From contig OZ374563.1 in NCBI GenBank assembly GCA_977862235.1, positions 1,054,001 through 1,118,000 on the forward strand: a stretch of 64,000 nt of DNA. The letters run 5' to 3'. A model generated the notes under the pieces. It saw only the letters and a program-made list of their open reading frames with translations. It was not told the DNA's origin and did no database searches. Source of the stretch: Dudresnaya verticillata. Its lineage: Eukaryota. This document shows, in pieces, positions 49,386 to 62,539 of this stretch. The translations under genes and the position numbers were made by a program. Every line of letters begins with the position of its first letter. Position 1 is the stretch's first letter.

Positions 49386-51273
49386 CTACCACAAGAAGCT
49401 AGGATCGACAAAATTCTTACTCAGCAGATCAGACTCTAAGATGTCTTCCACGTTCAATGCGGAAAGTACATGGGCCTGATCAACAATCCCCGTTGGCGTC
49501 CGAGATTCATTGCCGTTGCTGGCAACTTGGGATGCAACCTGTGGATTGCGACCACTCTGGCGACGGGCCGCTGCAATGCTCTGGGATGAACTCCCATCTT
49601 GGGAACGAGGAATAGAAGTCCCGGCGGTTGCAGAGCTTGAAAGGCCTTCAACACCCGTGTCCATGTGCGAAGAGTTCGGGGTTGTAGCTTTTGTAGAGCT
49701 TGGTGTCCCCCATTTGGTCTGTATTGCTCTTCGACGCAGCCTGGCGGGAACGAGAGGCGCTAGCAGACCGCGACTTGGCTGGTGCCTTCCGAGCTTTTGC
49801 TGGTTTCGCCCTGTTTTGGGGCTTTTTGTCAACCGGGACAGCGGAGGAGCCAGAAGCTGTAGCTTTTTGAGCTTTTGGTTGCCTCTTTCGATTTGAAGTC
49901 GGCTTTCTCGGCTCCCTCCCAGGCTTCTTGGATGCTTCTTTGCTCACCCGACCCTTGGACGGCTTCAGCTCAACATTTCGCAGTCCCTCACTTTCCTTCT
50001 CTGCGTTAGTTGAAGCCTCGCGATAGACCTTTTTCGCTTCCGTACCCATTGGTTTGCGGTTACGATCCGGGTCCTTGCGACACGCCTGGCAGTCCCAGGT
50101 CCCGAGCCTCCTCGCAAGACGTAGCAAGCCAACGTCTCTCACCTTTCCTGCACACTTAAAGCACAATCCCATATCACAAGTCCCAGAATATGTATTGATA
50201 CATTTGAACATGTCCGAGACATTTGAATCAATTAGGCAATACTGGCAGAACGTGGCTCCAATTCGCTTGCCGGGAACAGGCTTAGACCTAGAATTAAGCA
50301 TTGGATTCGCTCCATCTGCAACGTTCGAGGGCACGACTTTCGAAGGCTGAGGTACTGAAGCGGGTTTGGTCCCATTTTCAGGTGTTGAAGCGCCCGTGGT
50401 TCCATTCTGAGATACTGAAGCGACTCTGGTCCCGTTCTGAGGTCCCGAAGCTGCTGTCGTCGCATTACGAGGTGCTGAAGCGGCTCTGGTCGCATTACGA
50501 GGTGCTGAAGCGGCTCTGGTCGCATTACGAGGTGCTGAAGCGGCCTTGTTCACATTCTGCCTTCTATGCACCGCTTTTGCTATCTTCTTTTGGACTGGCA
50601 AAGAGCCCACGGCCGAAGGCGGGGGACTTGGTGGGATTTGTTGTCCATGAACGGGTGCAGTAGGATTGGAGATAGCTGTAGCCTGCGGAGCATGCTGAGC
50701 GATCAGCTGTGCCACAAGGGGAGCGCAAGCAGGGTCTCGGAGTGCAGGGTTGAGCGTGAGCAGCTGCATGATGGGGCTTGAAGCGATCAGCTGTATTTGT
50801 GCAACATTGGCCAGCATGTTTGTCATTGATTGTTGCTGTTGCCCATACTCATTAAACAACGGTGGTTGCCCATACTCATTGAGTGACGGTTGGTGCCCAT
50901 ATCCATTCGTAAAAGATTGTTGGGCATAGCCGTTAACTTGCGGCTGTCCACTGACTAGCGGTTGCTGTGCTAGCGTATTTTGCGATAGTTGCTGCGGATG
51001 CACTGGGTTTGTGGGATGATGCTGAAGATAAGCTAATCCAGGCGGCAGCTGCTGCTGAAGGTGGGGTTGGTGGTGACAACTTGGTTGAGTTGGAAGCCTA
51101 GCGCGACCAGCTAGGCGCGGGTCTCTCGTCAGAGGCGTCGCCACATTGGCAACCGAAGGCTGGCTTTGGGAAGAGATTGGGGCGGGCGCAGCACTTCCGA
51201 GAGGTTGAGATGTGGAGGGGCCTCGAACAGAATTGGTCCTCGATGCTGAGGCTGGATGCGGCAGACGGCTCAT
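49386..51273 (-). pseudogene. Array gene copy 14, +C frameshift allele (stop at 49648); retroelement in its 3' flank
   Basis: As copy 11. Confidence 0.65.
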
Positions 51274-53137
51274 GATGGTGGATATCTTTTCGATAGGTTC
51301 GACAAGATCAATTACGCCGAAGCAATCACGTAGATGCACCTATTGAGGTTTGTTGCAAACTCTTCACCCTCGGTCAAGGGCTGGGCGTTTTGATAAGGCG
51401 AGGTGGTAGGGTTCTAGAGCACTCGAGAAGAGGTTTTGAATAGCTCCACACAGTGCCTTCTTTGAGTTCGAGCTTGGGAAGGGCGAGGAGAGGTTGAGGA
51501 CTGTTCAGACTGTATGCTGAATTTTACTCAACACGGTGGGTGTGAGTGAGGTCGTTGTTGTAAGTCTATTGAAAGTTTGCTTTGATGGATTCAATTTGAA
51601 GTATACAGACGAAAGAAGAGTTGCAATTTGACGCGCAGTGCATGTGGATTGTCCTTGTTTTAGTGGGATGTTTTCATGATCTCGATTCATCTGACAATAA
51701 CGCAATAATGCTTTCTGTTGTAACGTGGTATACGCGGAAGACCACGATTGTCTTGAGTTGGGAAGCACGGTTTCTTTTATGAAGGATAATGCGGCGGGTG
51801 AAGCGGCGGAACGGGAAGCCATCCCGTTCTCATAACGCACCCGCCGCTTTATCCTTCCCTACGCACTCTCCCCTGTTAGTCGGCCACCCACTCCCTTCCG
51901 TCAGCCACAACCTCCATAAGCCTCGACCAGGACATCGTTCTCTACAGCTCGTTGTAGGCACCTGAGCTGAGTCAGGAGGGAGTCACACTAGAATGTAGCA
52001 ATTGGCATACCTGCGCTCCGCGGCGAGCTGTTGGCCAAAGTTTGGTACCTGCGCTGATCTACTGTACCACTCTAAATGCCGCCTCCGCCCGCCGACCGTT
52101 CCAGCGCTAATGCGCCACACAACACGCCTGCCACAACTGCTCAACCGCCGCAACGCCCAAACGCTTTGAACTTCAGGAGTCATCTCATCGCTGTTGACTC
52201 TGACTCAGCGAGGAAGGATTTTGACTCAGCACTTCGCAACATTCTACGTGGACGGCAGCGAGGGATATAGTTATCAAATCCTGCTGTCCAGAACTAATCC
52301 AAGACCTTGTCTTCTAAAAACGGTTCGCTAAGGTGCCATACGCGTTGGACGAGATCCAGAGCAATGAGTATGCAGGGAAGATGGCTGGCTGAATGTATGC
52401 CATTGCGCTGGAATCGCTGCTGTTTTCAATGACGATGTGGACAAGACCGCTGTTGGTTTAGTTGTTCGTAGTTGGTAACGCTGCTGCTGGTGAAGCCAAG
52501 GTGCATAAGCAAGGTGCAGAGAACTCTTCATTAACTATTGCTACCGCTATTGTCAGAGATGACACTACGGATGTACACGGCGATACTGACGATTTTCCGG
52601 AGTAGGCGCCAAGGGTGGTCGAGATAGCTGTGGATGGCGCGGGTGCAGTGAAAACTCTCATGAAGGATTGCGCAGCGGGGAGTGCTGATATCAGGTTATT
52701 AAGCTTGGCCCAGAAAAAGTAATGTTTTTTATTAAATCTATTCACAAGTCAGTGCCGCAAGTTATCTCTTTTTGCGACAAGCATGTTGTCACCCTTTCCG
52801 TCGGGGCTGATTTGAGCCCTTGGCTTGTTATTGGCCCGAGGTGTAGCCGAGGGCCAATAACAACCCTCGGGCTCTACTGTAGAGAACTCGGGCTCTACTG
52901 TACTGTAGAGAACACAACGAAAAAGGTGCCCGTGACGGGTAAGCCACGAGACACTTGCAGCTGCGTTTGCAAGCTCCGCTTGCTACACTTAGCGAGACAA
53001 TATCAAGTCAGCGTTAGTTCTTTTACCGCTTGTAGCTACAGAGCCTACCCATTAGGGGAGGAGGCCGCGCCAATGTGCCCCAGCTGGCTGGAAAATACCA
53101 TTGTTTCACTCGAGGAAACTTCTTCCTACCTGTAACA

Positions 53138-55025
53138 CTACCACAAGAAGCTAGGATCGACAAAATTCTTACTCAGCAGATCAGACTCTAAGATGTCTTC
53201 CACGTTCAATGCGGAAAGTACATGGGCCTGATCAACAATCCCCGTTGGCGTCCGAGATTCATTGCCGTTGCTGGCAACTTGGGATGCAACCTGTGGATTG
53301 CGACCACTCTGGCGACGGGCCGCTGCAATGCTCTGGGATGAACTCCCATCTTGGGAACGAGGAATAGAAGTCCCGGCGGTTGCAGAGCTTGAAAGGCCTT
53401 CAACACCCGTGTCCATGTGCGAAGAGTTCGGGGTTGTAGCTTTTGTAGAGCTTGGTGTCCCCCATTTGGTCTGTATTGCTCTTCGACGCAGCCTGGCGGG
53501 AACGAGAGGCGCTAGCAGACCGCGACTTGGCTGGTGCCTTCCGAGCTTTTGCTGGTTTCGCCCTGTTTTGGGGCTTTTTGTCAACCGGGACAGCGGAGGA
53601 GCCAGAAGCTGTAGCTTTTTGAGCTTTTGGTTGCCTCTTTCGATTTGAAGTCGGCTTTCTCGGCTCCCTCCCAGGCTTCTTGGATGCTTCTTTGCTCACC
53701 CGACCCTTGGACGGCTTCAGCTCAACATTTCGCAGTCCCTCACTTTCCTTCTCTGCGTTAGTTGAAGCCTCGCGATAGACCTTTTTCGCTTCCGTACCCA
53801 TTGGTTTGCGGTTACGATCCGGGTCCTTGCGACACGCCTGGCAGTCCCAGGTCCCGAGCCTCCTCGCAAGACGTAGCAAGCCAACGTCTCTCACCTTTCC
53901 TGCACACTTAAAGCACAATCCCATATCACAAGTCCCAGAATATGTATTGATACATTTGAACATGTCCGAGACATTTGAATCAATTAGGCAATACTGGCAG
54001 AACGTGGCTCCAATTCGCTTGCCGGGAACAGGCTTAGACCTAGAATTAAGCATTGGATTCGCTCCATCTGCAACGTTCGAGGGCACGACTTTCGAAGGCT
54101 GAGGTACTGAAGCGGGTTTGGTCCCATTTTCAGGTGTTGAAGCGCCCGTGGTTCCATTCTGAGATACTGAAGCGACTCTGGTCCCGTTCTGAGGTCCCGA
54201 AGCTGCTGTCGTCGCATTACGAGGTGCTGAAGCGGCTCTGGTCGCATTACGAGGTGCTGAAGCGGCTCTGGTCGCATTACGAGGTGCTGAAGCGGCCTTG
54301 TTCACATTCTGCCTTCTATGCACCGCTTTTGCTATCTTCTTTTGGACTGGCAAAGAGCCCACGGCCGAAGGCGGGGGACTTGGTGGGATTTGTTGTCCAT
54401 GAACGGGTGCAGTAGGATTGGAGATAGCTGTAGCCTGCGGAGCATGCTGAGCGATCAGCTGTGCCACAAGGGGAGCGCAAGCAGGGTCTCGGAGTGCAGG
54501 GTTGAGCGTGAGCAGCTGCATGATGGGGCTTGAAGCGATCAGCTGTATTTGTGCAACATTGGCCAGCATGTTTGTCATTGATTGTTGCTGTTGCCCATAC
54601 TCATTAAACAACGGTGGTTGCCCATACTCATTGAGTGACGGTTGGTGCCCATATCCATTCGTAAAAGATTGTTGGGCATAGCCGTTAACTTGCGGCTGTC
54701 CACTGACTAGCGGTTGCTGTGCTAGCGTATTTTGCGATAGTTGCTGCGGATGCACTGGGTTTGTGGGATGATGCTGAAGATAAGCTAATCCAGGCGGCAG
54801 CTGCTGCTGAAGGTGGGGTTGGTGGTGACAACTTGGTTGAGTTGGAAGCCTAGCGCGACCAGCTAGGCGCGGGTCTCTCGTCAGAGGCGTCGCCACATTG
54901 GCAACCGAAGGCTGGCTTTGGGAAGAGATTGGGGCGGGCGCAGCACTTCCGAGAGGTTGAGATGTGGAGGGGCCTCGAACAGAATTGGTCCTCGATGCTG
55001 AGGCTGGATGCGGCAGACGGCTCAT
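53138..55025 (-). pseudogene. Array gene copy 15, +C frameshift allele (stop at 53400)
   Basis: As copy 11. Confidence 0.65.
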
Positions 55026-56889
55026 GATGGTGGATATCTTTTCGATAGGTTCGACAAGATCAATTACGCCGAAGCAATCACGTAGATGCACCTATTGAGG
55101 TTTGTTGCAAACTCTTCACCCTCGGTCAAGGGCTGGGCGTTTTGATAAGGCGAGGTGGTAGGGTTCTAGAGCACTCGAGAAGAGGTTTTGAATAGCTCCA
55201 CACAGTGCCTTCTTTGAGTTCGAGCTTGGGAAGGGCGAGGAGAGGTTGAGGACTGTTCAGACTGTATGCTGAATTTTACTCAACACGGTGGGTGTGAGTG
55301 AGGTCGTTGTTGTAAGTCTATTGAAAGTTTGCTTTGATGGATTCAATTTGAAGTATACAGACGAAAGAAGAGTTGCAATTTGACGCGCAGTGCATGTGGA
55401 TTGTCCTTGTTTTAGTGGGATGTTTTCATGATCTCGATTCATCTGACAATAACGCAATAATGCTTTCTGTTGTAACGTGGTATACGCGGAAGACCACGAT
55501 TGTCTTGAGTTGGGAAGCACGGTTTCTTTTATGAAGGATAATGCGGCGGGTGAAGCGGCGGAACGGGAAGCCATCCCGTTCTCATAACGCACCCGCCGCT
55601 TTATCCTTCCCTACGCACTCTCCCCTGTTAGTCGGCCACCCACTCCCTTCCGTCAGCCACAACCTCCATAAGCCTCGACCAGGACATCGTTCTCTACAGC
55701 TCGTTGTAGGCACCTGAGCTGAGTCAGGAGGGAGTCACACTAGAATGTAGCAATTGGCATACCTGCGCTCCGCGGCGAGCTGTTGGCCAAAGTTTGGTAC
55801 CTGCGCTGATCTACTGTACCACTCTAAATGCCGCCTCCGCCCGCCGACCGTTCCAGCGCTAATGCGCCACACAACACGCCTGCCACAACTGCTCAACCGC
55901 CGCAACGCCCAAACGCTTTGAACTTCAGGAGTCATCTCATCGCTGTTGACTCTGACTCAGCGAGGAAGGATTTTGACTCAGCACTTCGCAACATTCTACG
56001 TGGACGGCAGCGAGGGATATAGTTATCAAATCCTGCTGTCCAGAACTAATCCAAGACCTTGTCTTCTAAAAACGGTTCGCTAAGGTGCCATACGCGTTGG
56101 ACGAGATCCAGAGCAATGAGTATGCAGGGAAGATGGCTGGCTGAATGTATGCCATTGCGCTGGAATCGCTGCTGTTTTCAATGACGATGTGGACAAGACC
56201 GCTGTTGGTTTAGTTGTTCGTAGTTGGTAACGCTGCTGCTGGTGAAGCCAAGGTGCATAAGCAAGGTGCAGAGAACTCTTCATTAACTATTGCTACCGCT
56301 ATTGTCAGAGATGACACTACGGATGTACACGGCGATACTGACGATTTTCCGGAGTAGGCGCCAAGGGTGGTCGAGATAGCTGTGGATGGCGCGGGTGCAG
56401 TGAAAACTCTCATGAAGGATTGCGCAGCGGGGAGTGCTGATATCAGGTTATTAAGCTTGGCCCAGAAAAAGTAATGTTTTTTATTAAATCTATTCACAAG
56501 TCAGTGCCGCAAGTTATCTCTTTTTGCGACAAGCATGTTGTCACCCTTTCCGTCGGGGCTGATTTGAGCCCTTGGCTTGTTATTGGCCCGAGGTGTAGCC
56601 GAGGGCCAATAACAACCCTCGGGCTCTACTGTAGAGAACTCGGGCTCTACTGTACTGTAGAGAACACAACGAAAAAGGTGCCCGTGACGGGTAAGCCACG
56701 AGACACTTGCAGCTGCGTTTGCAAGCTCCGCTTGCTACACTTAGCGAGACAATATCAAGTCAGCGTTAGTTCTTTTACCGCTTGTAGCTACAGAGCCTAC
56801 CCATTAGGGGAGGAGGCCGCGCCAATGTGCCCCAGCTGGCTGGAAAATACCATTGTTTCACTCGAGGAAACTTCTTCCTACCTGTAACA

Positions 56890-58787
56890 CTACCACAAGA
56901 AGCTAGGATCGACAAAATTCTTACTCAGCAGATCAGACTCTAAGATGTCTTCCACGTTCAATGCGGAAAGTACATGGGCCTGATCAACAATCCCCGTTGG
57001 CGTCCGAGATTCATTGCCGTTGCTGGCAACTTGGGATGCAACCTGTGGATTGCGACCACTCTGGCGACGGGCCGCTGCAATGCTCTGGGATGAACTCCCA
57101 TCTTGGGAACGAGGAATAGAAGTCCCGGCGGTTGCAGAGCTTGAAAGGCCTTCAACACCCGTGTCCATGTGCGAAGAGTTCGGGGTTGTAGCTTTTGTAG
57201 AGCTTGGTGTCCCCCATTTGGTCTGTATTGCTCTTCGACGCAGCCTGGCGGGAACGAGAGGCGCTAGCAGACCGCGACTTGGCTGGTGCCTTCCGAGCTT
57301 TTGCTGGTTTCGCCCTGTTTTGGGGCTTTTTGTCAACCGGGACAGCGGAGGAGCCAGAAGCTGTAGCTTTTTGAGCTTTTGGTTGCCTCTTTCGATTTGA
57401 AGTCGGCTTTCTCGGCTCCCTCCCAGGCTTCTTGGATGCTTCTTTGCTCACCCGACCCTTGGACGGCTTCAGCTCAACATTTCGCAGTCCCTCACTTTCC
57501 TTCTCTGCGTTAGTTGAAGCCTCGCGATAGACCTTTTTCGCTTCCGTACCCATTGGTTTGCGGTTACGATCCGGGTCCTTGCGACACGCCTGGCAGTCCC
57601 AGGTCCCGAGCCTCCTCGCAAGACGTAGCAAGCCAACGTCTCTCACCTTTCCTGCACACTTAAAGCACAATCCCATATCACAAGTCCCAGAATATGTATT
57701 GATACATTTGAACATGTCCGAGACATTTGAATCAATTAGGCAATACTGGCAGAACGTGGCTCCAATTCGCTTGCCGGGAACAGGCTTAGACCTAGAATTA
57801 AGCATTGGATTCGCTCCATCTGCAACGTTCGAGGGCACGACTTTCGAAGGCTGAGGTACTGAAGCGGGTTTGGTCCCATTTTCAGGTGTTGAAGCGCCCG
57901 TGGTTCCATTCTGAGATACTGAAGCGACTCTGGTCCCGTTCTGAGGTCCCGAAGCTGCTGTCGTCGCATTACGAGGTGCTGAAGCGGCTCTGGTCGCATT
58001 ACGAGGTGCTGAAGCGGCTCTGGTCGCATTACGAGGTGCTGAAGCGGCCTTGTTCACATTCTGCCTTCTATGCACCGCTTTTGCTATCTTCTTTTGGACT
58101 GGCAAAGAGCCCACGGCCGAAGGCGGGGGACTTGGTGGGATTTGTTGTCCATGAACGGGTGCAGTAGGATTGGAGATAGCTGTAGCCTGCGGAGCATGCT
58201 GAGCGATCAGCTGTGCCACAAGGGGAGCGCAAGCAGGGTCTCGGAGTGCAGGGTTGAGCGTGAGCAGCTGCATGATGGGGCTTGAAGCGATCAGCTGTAT
58301 TTGTGCAACATTGGCCAGCATGTTTGTCATTGATTGTTGCTGTTGCCCATACTCATTAAACAACGGTGGTTGCCCATACTCATTGAGTGACGGTTGGTGC
58401 CCATATCCATTCGTAAAAGATTGTTGGGCATAGCCGTTAACTTGCGGCTGTCCACTGACTAGCGGTTGCTGTGCTAGCGTATTTTGCGATAGTTGCTGCG
58501 GATGCACTGGGTTTGTGGGATGATGCTGAAGATAAGCTAAGATAAGCTAATCCAGGCGGCAGCTGCTGCTGAAGGTGGGGTTGGTGGTGACAACTTGGTT
58601 GAGTTGGAAGCCTAGCGCGACCAGCTAGGCGCGGGTCTCTCGTCAGAGGCGTCGCCACATTGGCAACCGAAGGCTGGCTTTGGGAAGAGATTGGGGCGGG
58701 CGCAGCACTTCCGAGAGGTTGAGATGTGGAGGGGCCTCGAACAGAATTGGTCCTCGATGCTGAGGCTGGATGCGGCAGACGGCTCAT
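56890..58787 (-). pseudogene. Array gene copy 16, doubly frameshifted
   Basis: +C and AGATAAGCTA duplication (58530-58549). Confidence 0.8.
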
Positions 58788-60651
58788 GATGGTGGATATC
58801 TTTTCGATAGGTTCGACAAGATCAATTACGCCGAAGCAATCACGTAGATGCACCTATTGAGGTTTGTTGCAAACTCTTCACCCTCGGTCAAGGGCTGGGC
58901 GTTTTGATAAGGCGAGGTGGTAGGGTTCTAGAGCACTCGAGAAGAGGTTTTGAATAGCTCCACACAGTGCCTTCTTTGAGTTCGAGCTTGGGAAGGGCGA
59001 GGAGAGGTTGAGGACTGTTCAGACTGTATGCTGAATTTTACTCAACACGGTGGGTGTGAGTGAGGTCGTTGTTGTAAGTCTATTGAAAGTTTGCTTTGAT
59101 GGATTCAATTTGAAGTATACAGACGAAAGAAGAGTTGCAATTTGACGCGCAGTGCATGTGGATTGTCCTTGTTTTAGTGGGATGTTTTCATGATCTCGAT
59201 TCATCTGACAATAACGCAATAATGCTTTCTGTTGTAACGTGGTATACGCGGAAGACCACGATTGTCTTGAGTTGGGAAGCACGGTTTCTTTTATGAAGGA
59301 TAATGCGGCGGGTGAAGCGGCGGAACGGGAAGCCATCCCGTTCTCATAACGCACCCGCCGCTTTATCCTTCCCTACGCACTCTCCCCTGTTAGTCGGCCA
59401 CCCACTCCCTTCCGTCAGCCACAACCTCCATAAGCCTCGACCAGGACATCGTTCTCTACAGCTCGTTGTAGGCACCTGAGCTGAGTCAGGAGGGAGTCAC
59501 ACTAGAATGTAGCAATTGGCATACCTGCGCTCCGCGGCGAGCTGTTGGCCAAAGTTTGGTACCTGCGCTGATCTACTGTACCACTCTAAATGCCGCCTCC
59601 GCCCGCCGACCGTTCCAGCGCTAATGCGCCACACAACACGCCTGCCACAACTGCTCAACCGCCGCAACGCCCAAACGCTTTGAACTTCAGGAGTCATCTC
59701 ATCGCTGTTGACTCTGACTCAGCGAGGAAGGATTTTGACTCAGCACTTCGCAACATTCTACGTGGACGGCAGCGAGGGATATAGTTATCAAATCCTGCTG
59801 TCCAGAACTAATCCAAGACCTTGTCTTCTAAAAACGGTTCGCTAAGGTGCCATACGCGTTGGACGAGATCCAGAGCAATGAGTATGCAGGGAAGATGGCT
59901 GGCTGAATGTATGCCATTGCGCTGGAATCGCTGCTGTTTTCAATGACGATGTGGACAAGACCGCTGTTGGTTTAGTTGTTCGTAGTTGGTAACGCTGCTG
60001 CTGGTGAAGCCAAGGTGCATAAGCAAGGTGCAGAGAACTCTTCATTAACTATTGCTACCGCTATTGTCAGAGATGACACTACGGATGTACACGGCGATAC
60101 TGACGATTTTCCGGAGTAGGCGCCAAGGGTGGTCGAGATAGCTGTGGATGGCGCGGGTGCAGTGAAAACTCTCATGAAGGATTGCGCAGCGGGGAGTGCT
60201 GATATCAGGTTATTAAGCTTGGCCCAGAAAAAGTAATGTTTTTTATTAAATCTATTCACAAGTCAGTGCCGCAAGTTATCTCTTTTTGCGACAAGCATGT
60301 TGTCACCCTTTCCGTCGGGGCTGATTTGAGCCCTTGGCTTGTTATTGGCCCGAGGTGTAGCCGAGGGCCAATAACAACCCTCGGGCTCTACTGTAGAGAA
60401 CTCGGGCTCTACTGTACTGTAGAGAACACAACGAAAAAGGTGCCCGTGACGGGTAAGCCACGAGACACTTGCAGCTGCGTTTGCAAGCTCCGCTTGCTAC
60501 ACTTAGCGAGACAATATCAAGTCAGCGTTAGTTCTTTTACCGCTTGTAGCTACAGAGCCTACCCATTAGGGGAGGAGGCCGCGCCAATGTGCCCCAGCTG
60601 GCTGGAAAATACCATTGTTTCACTCGAGGAAACTTCTTCCTACCTGTAACA

Positions 60652-62539
60652 CTACCACAAGAAGCTAGGATCGACAAAATTCTTACTCAGCAGATCAGAC
60701 TCTAAGATGTCTTCCACGTTCAATGCGGAAAGTACATGGGCCTGATCAACAATCCCCGTTGGCGTCCGAGATTCATTGCCGTTGCTGGCAACTTGGGATG
60801 CAACCTGTGGATTGCGACCACTCTGGCGACGGGCCGCTGCAATGCTCTGGGATGAACTCCCATCTTGGGAACGAGGAATAGAAGTCCCGGCGGTTGCAGA
60901 GCTTGAAAGGCCTTCAACACCCGTGTCCATGTGCGAAGAGTTCGGGGTTGTAGCTTTTGTAGAGCTTGGTGTCCCCCATTTGGTCTGTATTGCTCTTCGA
61001 CGCAGCCTGGCGGGAACGAGAGGCGCTAGCAGACCGCGACTTGGCTGGTGCCTTCCGAGCTTTTGCTGGTTTCGCCCTGTTTTGGGGCTTTTTGTCAACC
61101 GGGACAGCGGAGGAGCCAGAAGCTGTAGCTTTTTGAGCTTTTGGTTGCCTCTTTCGATTTGAAGTCGGCTTTCTCGGCTCCCTCCCAGGCTTCTTGGATG
61201 CTTCTTTGCTCACCCGACCCTTGGACGGCTTCAGCTCAACATTTCGCAGTCCCTCACTTTCCTTCTCTGCGTTAGTTGAAGCCTCGCGATAGACCTTTTT
61301 CGCTTCCGTACCCATTGGTTTGCGGTTACGATCCGGGTCCTTGCGACACGCCTGGCAGTCCCAGGTCCCGAGCCTCCTCGCAAGACGTAGCAAGCCAACG
61401 TCTCTCACCTTTCCTGCACACTTAAAGCACAATCCCATATCACAAGTCCCAGAATATGTATTGATACATTTGAACATGTCCGAGACATTTGAATCAATTA
61501 GGCAATACTGGCAGAACGTGGCTCCAATTCGCTTGCCGGGAACAGGCTTAGACCTAGAATTAAGCATTGGATTCGCTCCATCTGCAACGTTCGAGGGCAC
61601 GACTTTCGAAGGCTGAGGTACTGAAGCGGGTTTGGTCCCATTTTCAGGTGTTGAAGCGCCCGTGGTTCCATTCTGAGATACTGAAGCGACTCTGGTCCCG
61701 TTCTGAGGTCCCGAAGCTGCTGTCGTCGCATTACGAGGTGCTGAAGCGGCTCTGGTCGCATTACGAGGTGCTGAAGCGGCTCTGGTCGCATTACGAGGTG
61801 CTGAAGCGGCCTTGTTCACATTCTGCCTTCTATGCACCGCTTTTGCTATCTTCTTTTGGACTGGCAAAGAGCCCACGGCCGAAGGCGGGGGACTTGGTGG
61901 GATTTGTTGTCCATGAACGGGTGCAGTAGGATTGGAGATAGCTGTAGCCTGCGGAGCATGCTGAGCGATCAGCTGTGCCACAAGGGGAGCGCAAGCAGGG
62001 TCTCGGAGTGCAGGGTTGAGCGTGAGCAGCTGCATGATGGGGCTTGAAGCGATCAGCTGTATTTGTGCAACATTGGCCAGCATGTTTGTCATTGATTGTT
62101 GCTGTTGCCCATACTCATTAAACAACGGTGGTTGCCCATACTCATTGAGTGACGGTTGGTGCCCATATCCATTCGTAAAAGATTGTTGGGCATAGCCGTT
62201 AACTTGCGGCTGTCCACTGACTAGCGGTTGCTGTGCTAGCGTATTTTGCGATAGTTGCTGCGGATGCACTGGGTTTGTGGGATGATGCTGAAGATAAGCT
62301 AATCCAGGCGGCAGCTGCTGCTGAAGGTGGGGTTGGTGGTGACAACTTGGTTGAGTTGGAAGCCTAGCGCGACCAGCTAGGCGCGGGTCTCTCGTCAGAG
62401 GCGTCGCCACATTGGCAACCGAAGGCTGGCTTTGGGAAGAGATTGGGGCGGGCGCAGCACTTCCGAGAGGTTGAGATGTGGAGGGGCCTCGAACAGAATT
62501 GGTCCTCGATGCTGAGGCTGGATGCGGCAGACGGCTCAT
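60652..62539 (-). pseudogene. Array gene copy 17, +C frameshift allele (stop at 60914)
   Basis: As copy 11. Confidence 0.65.
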
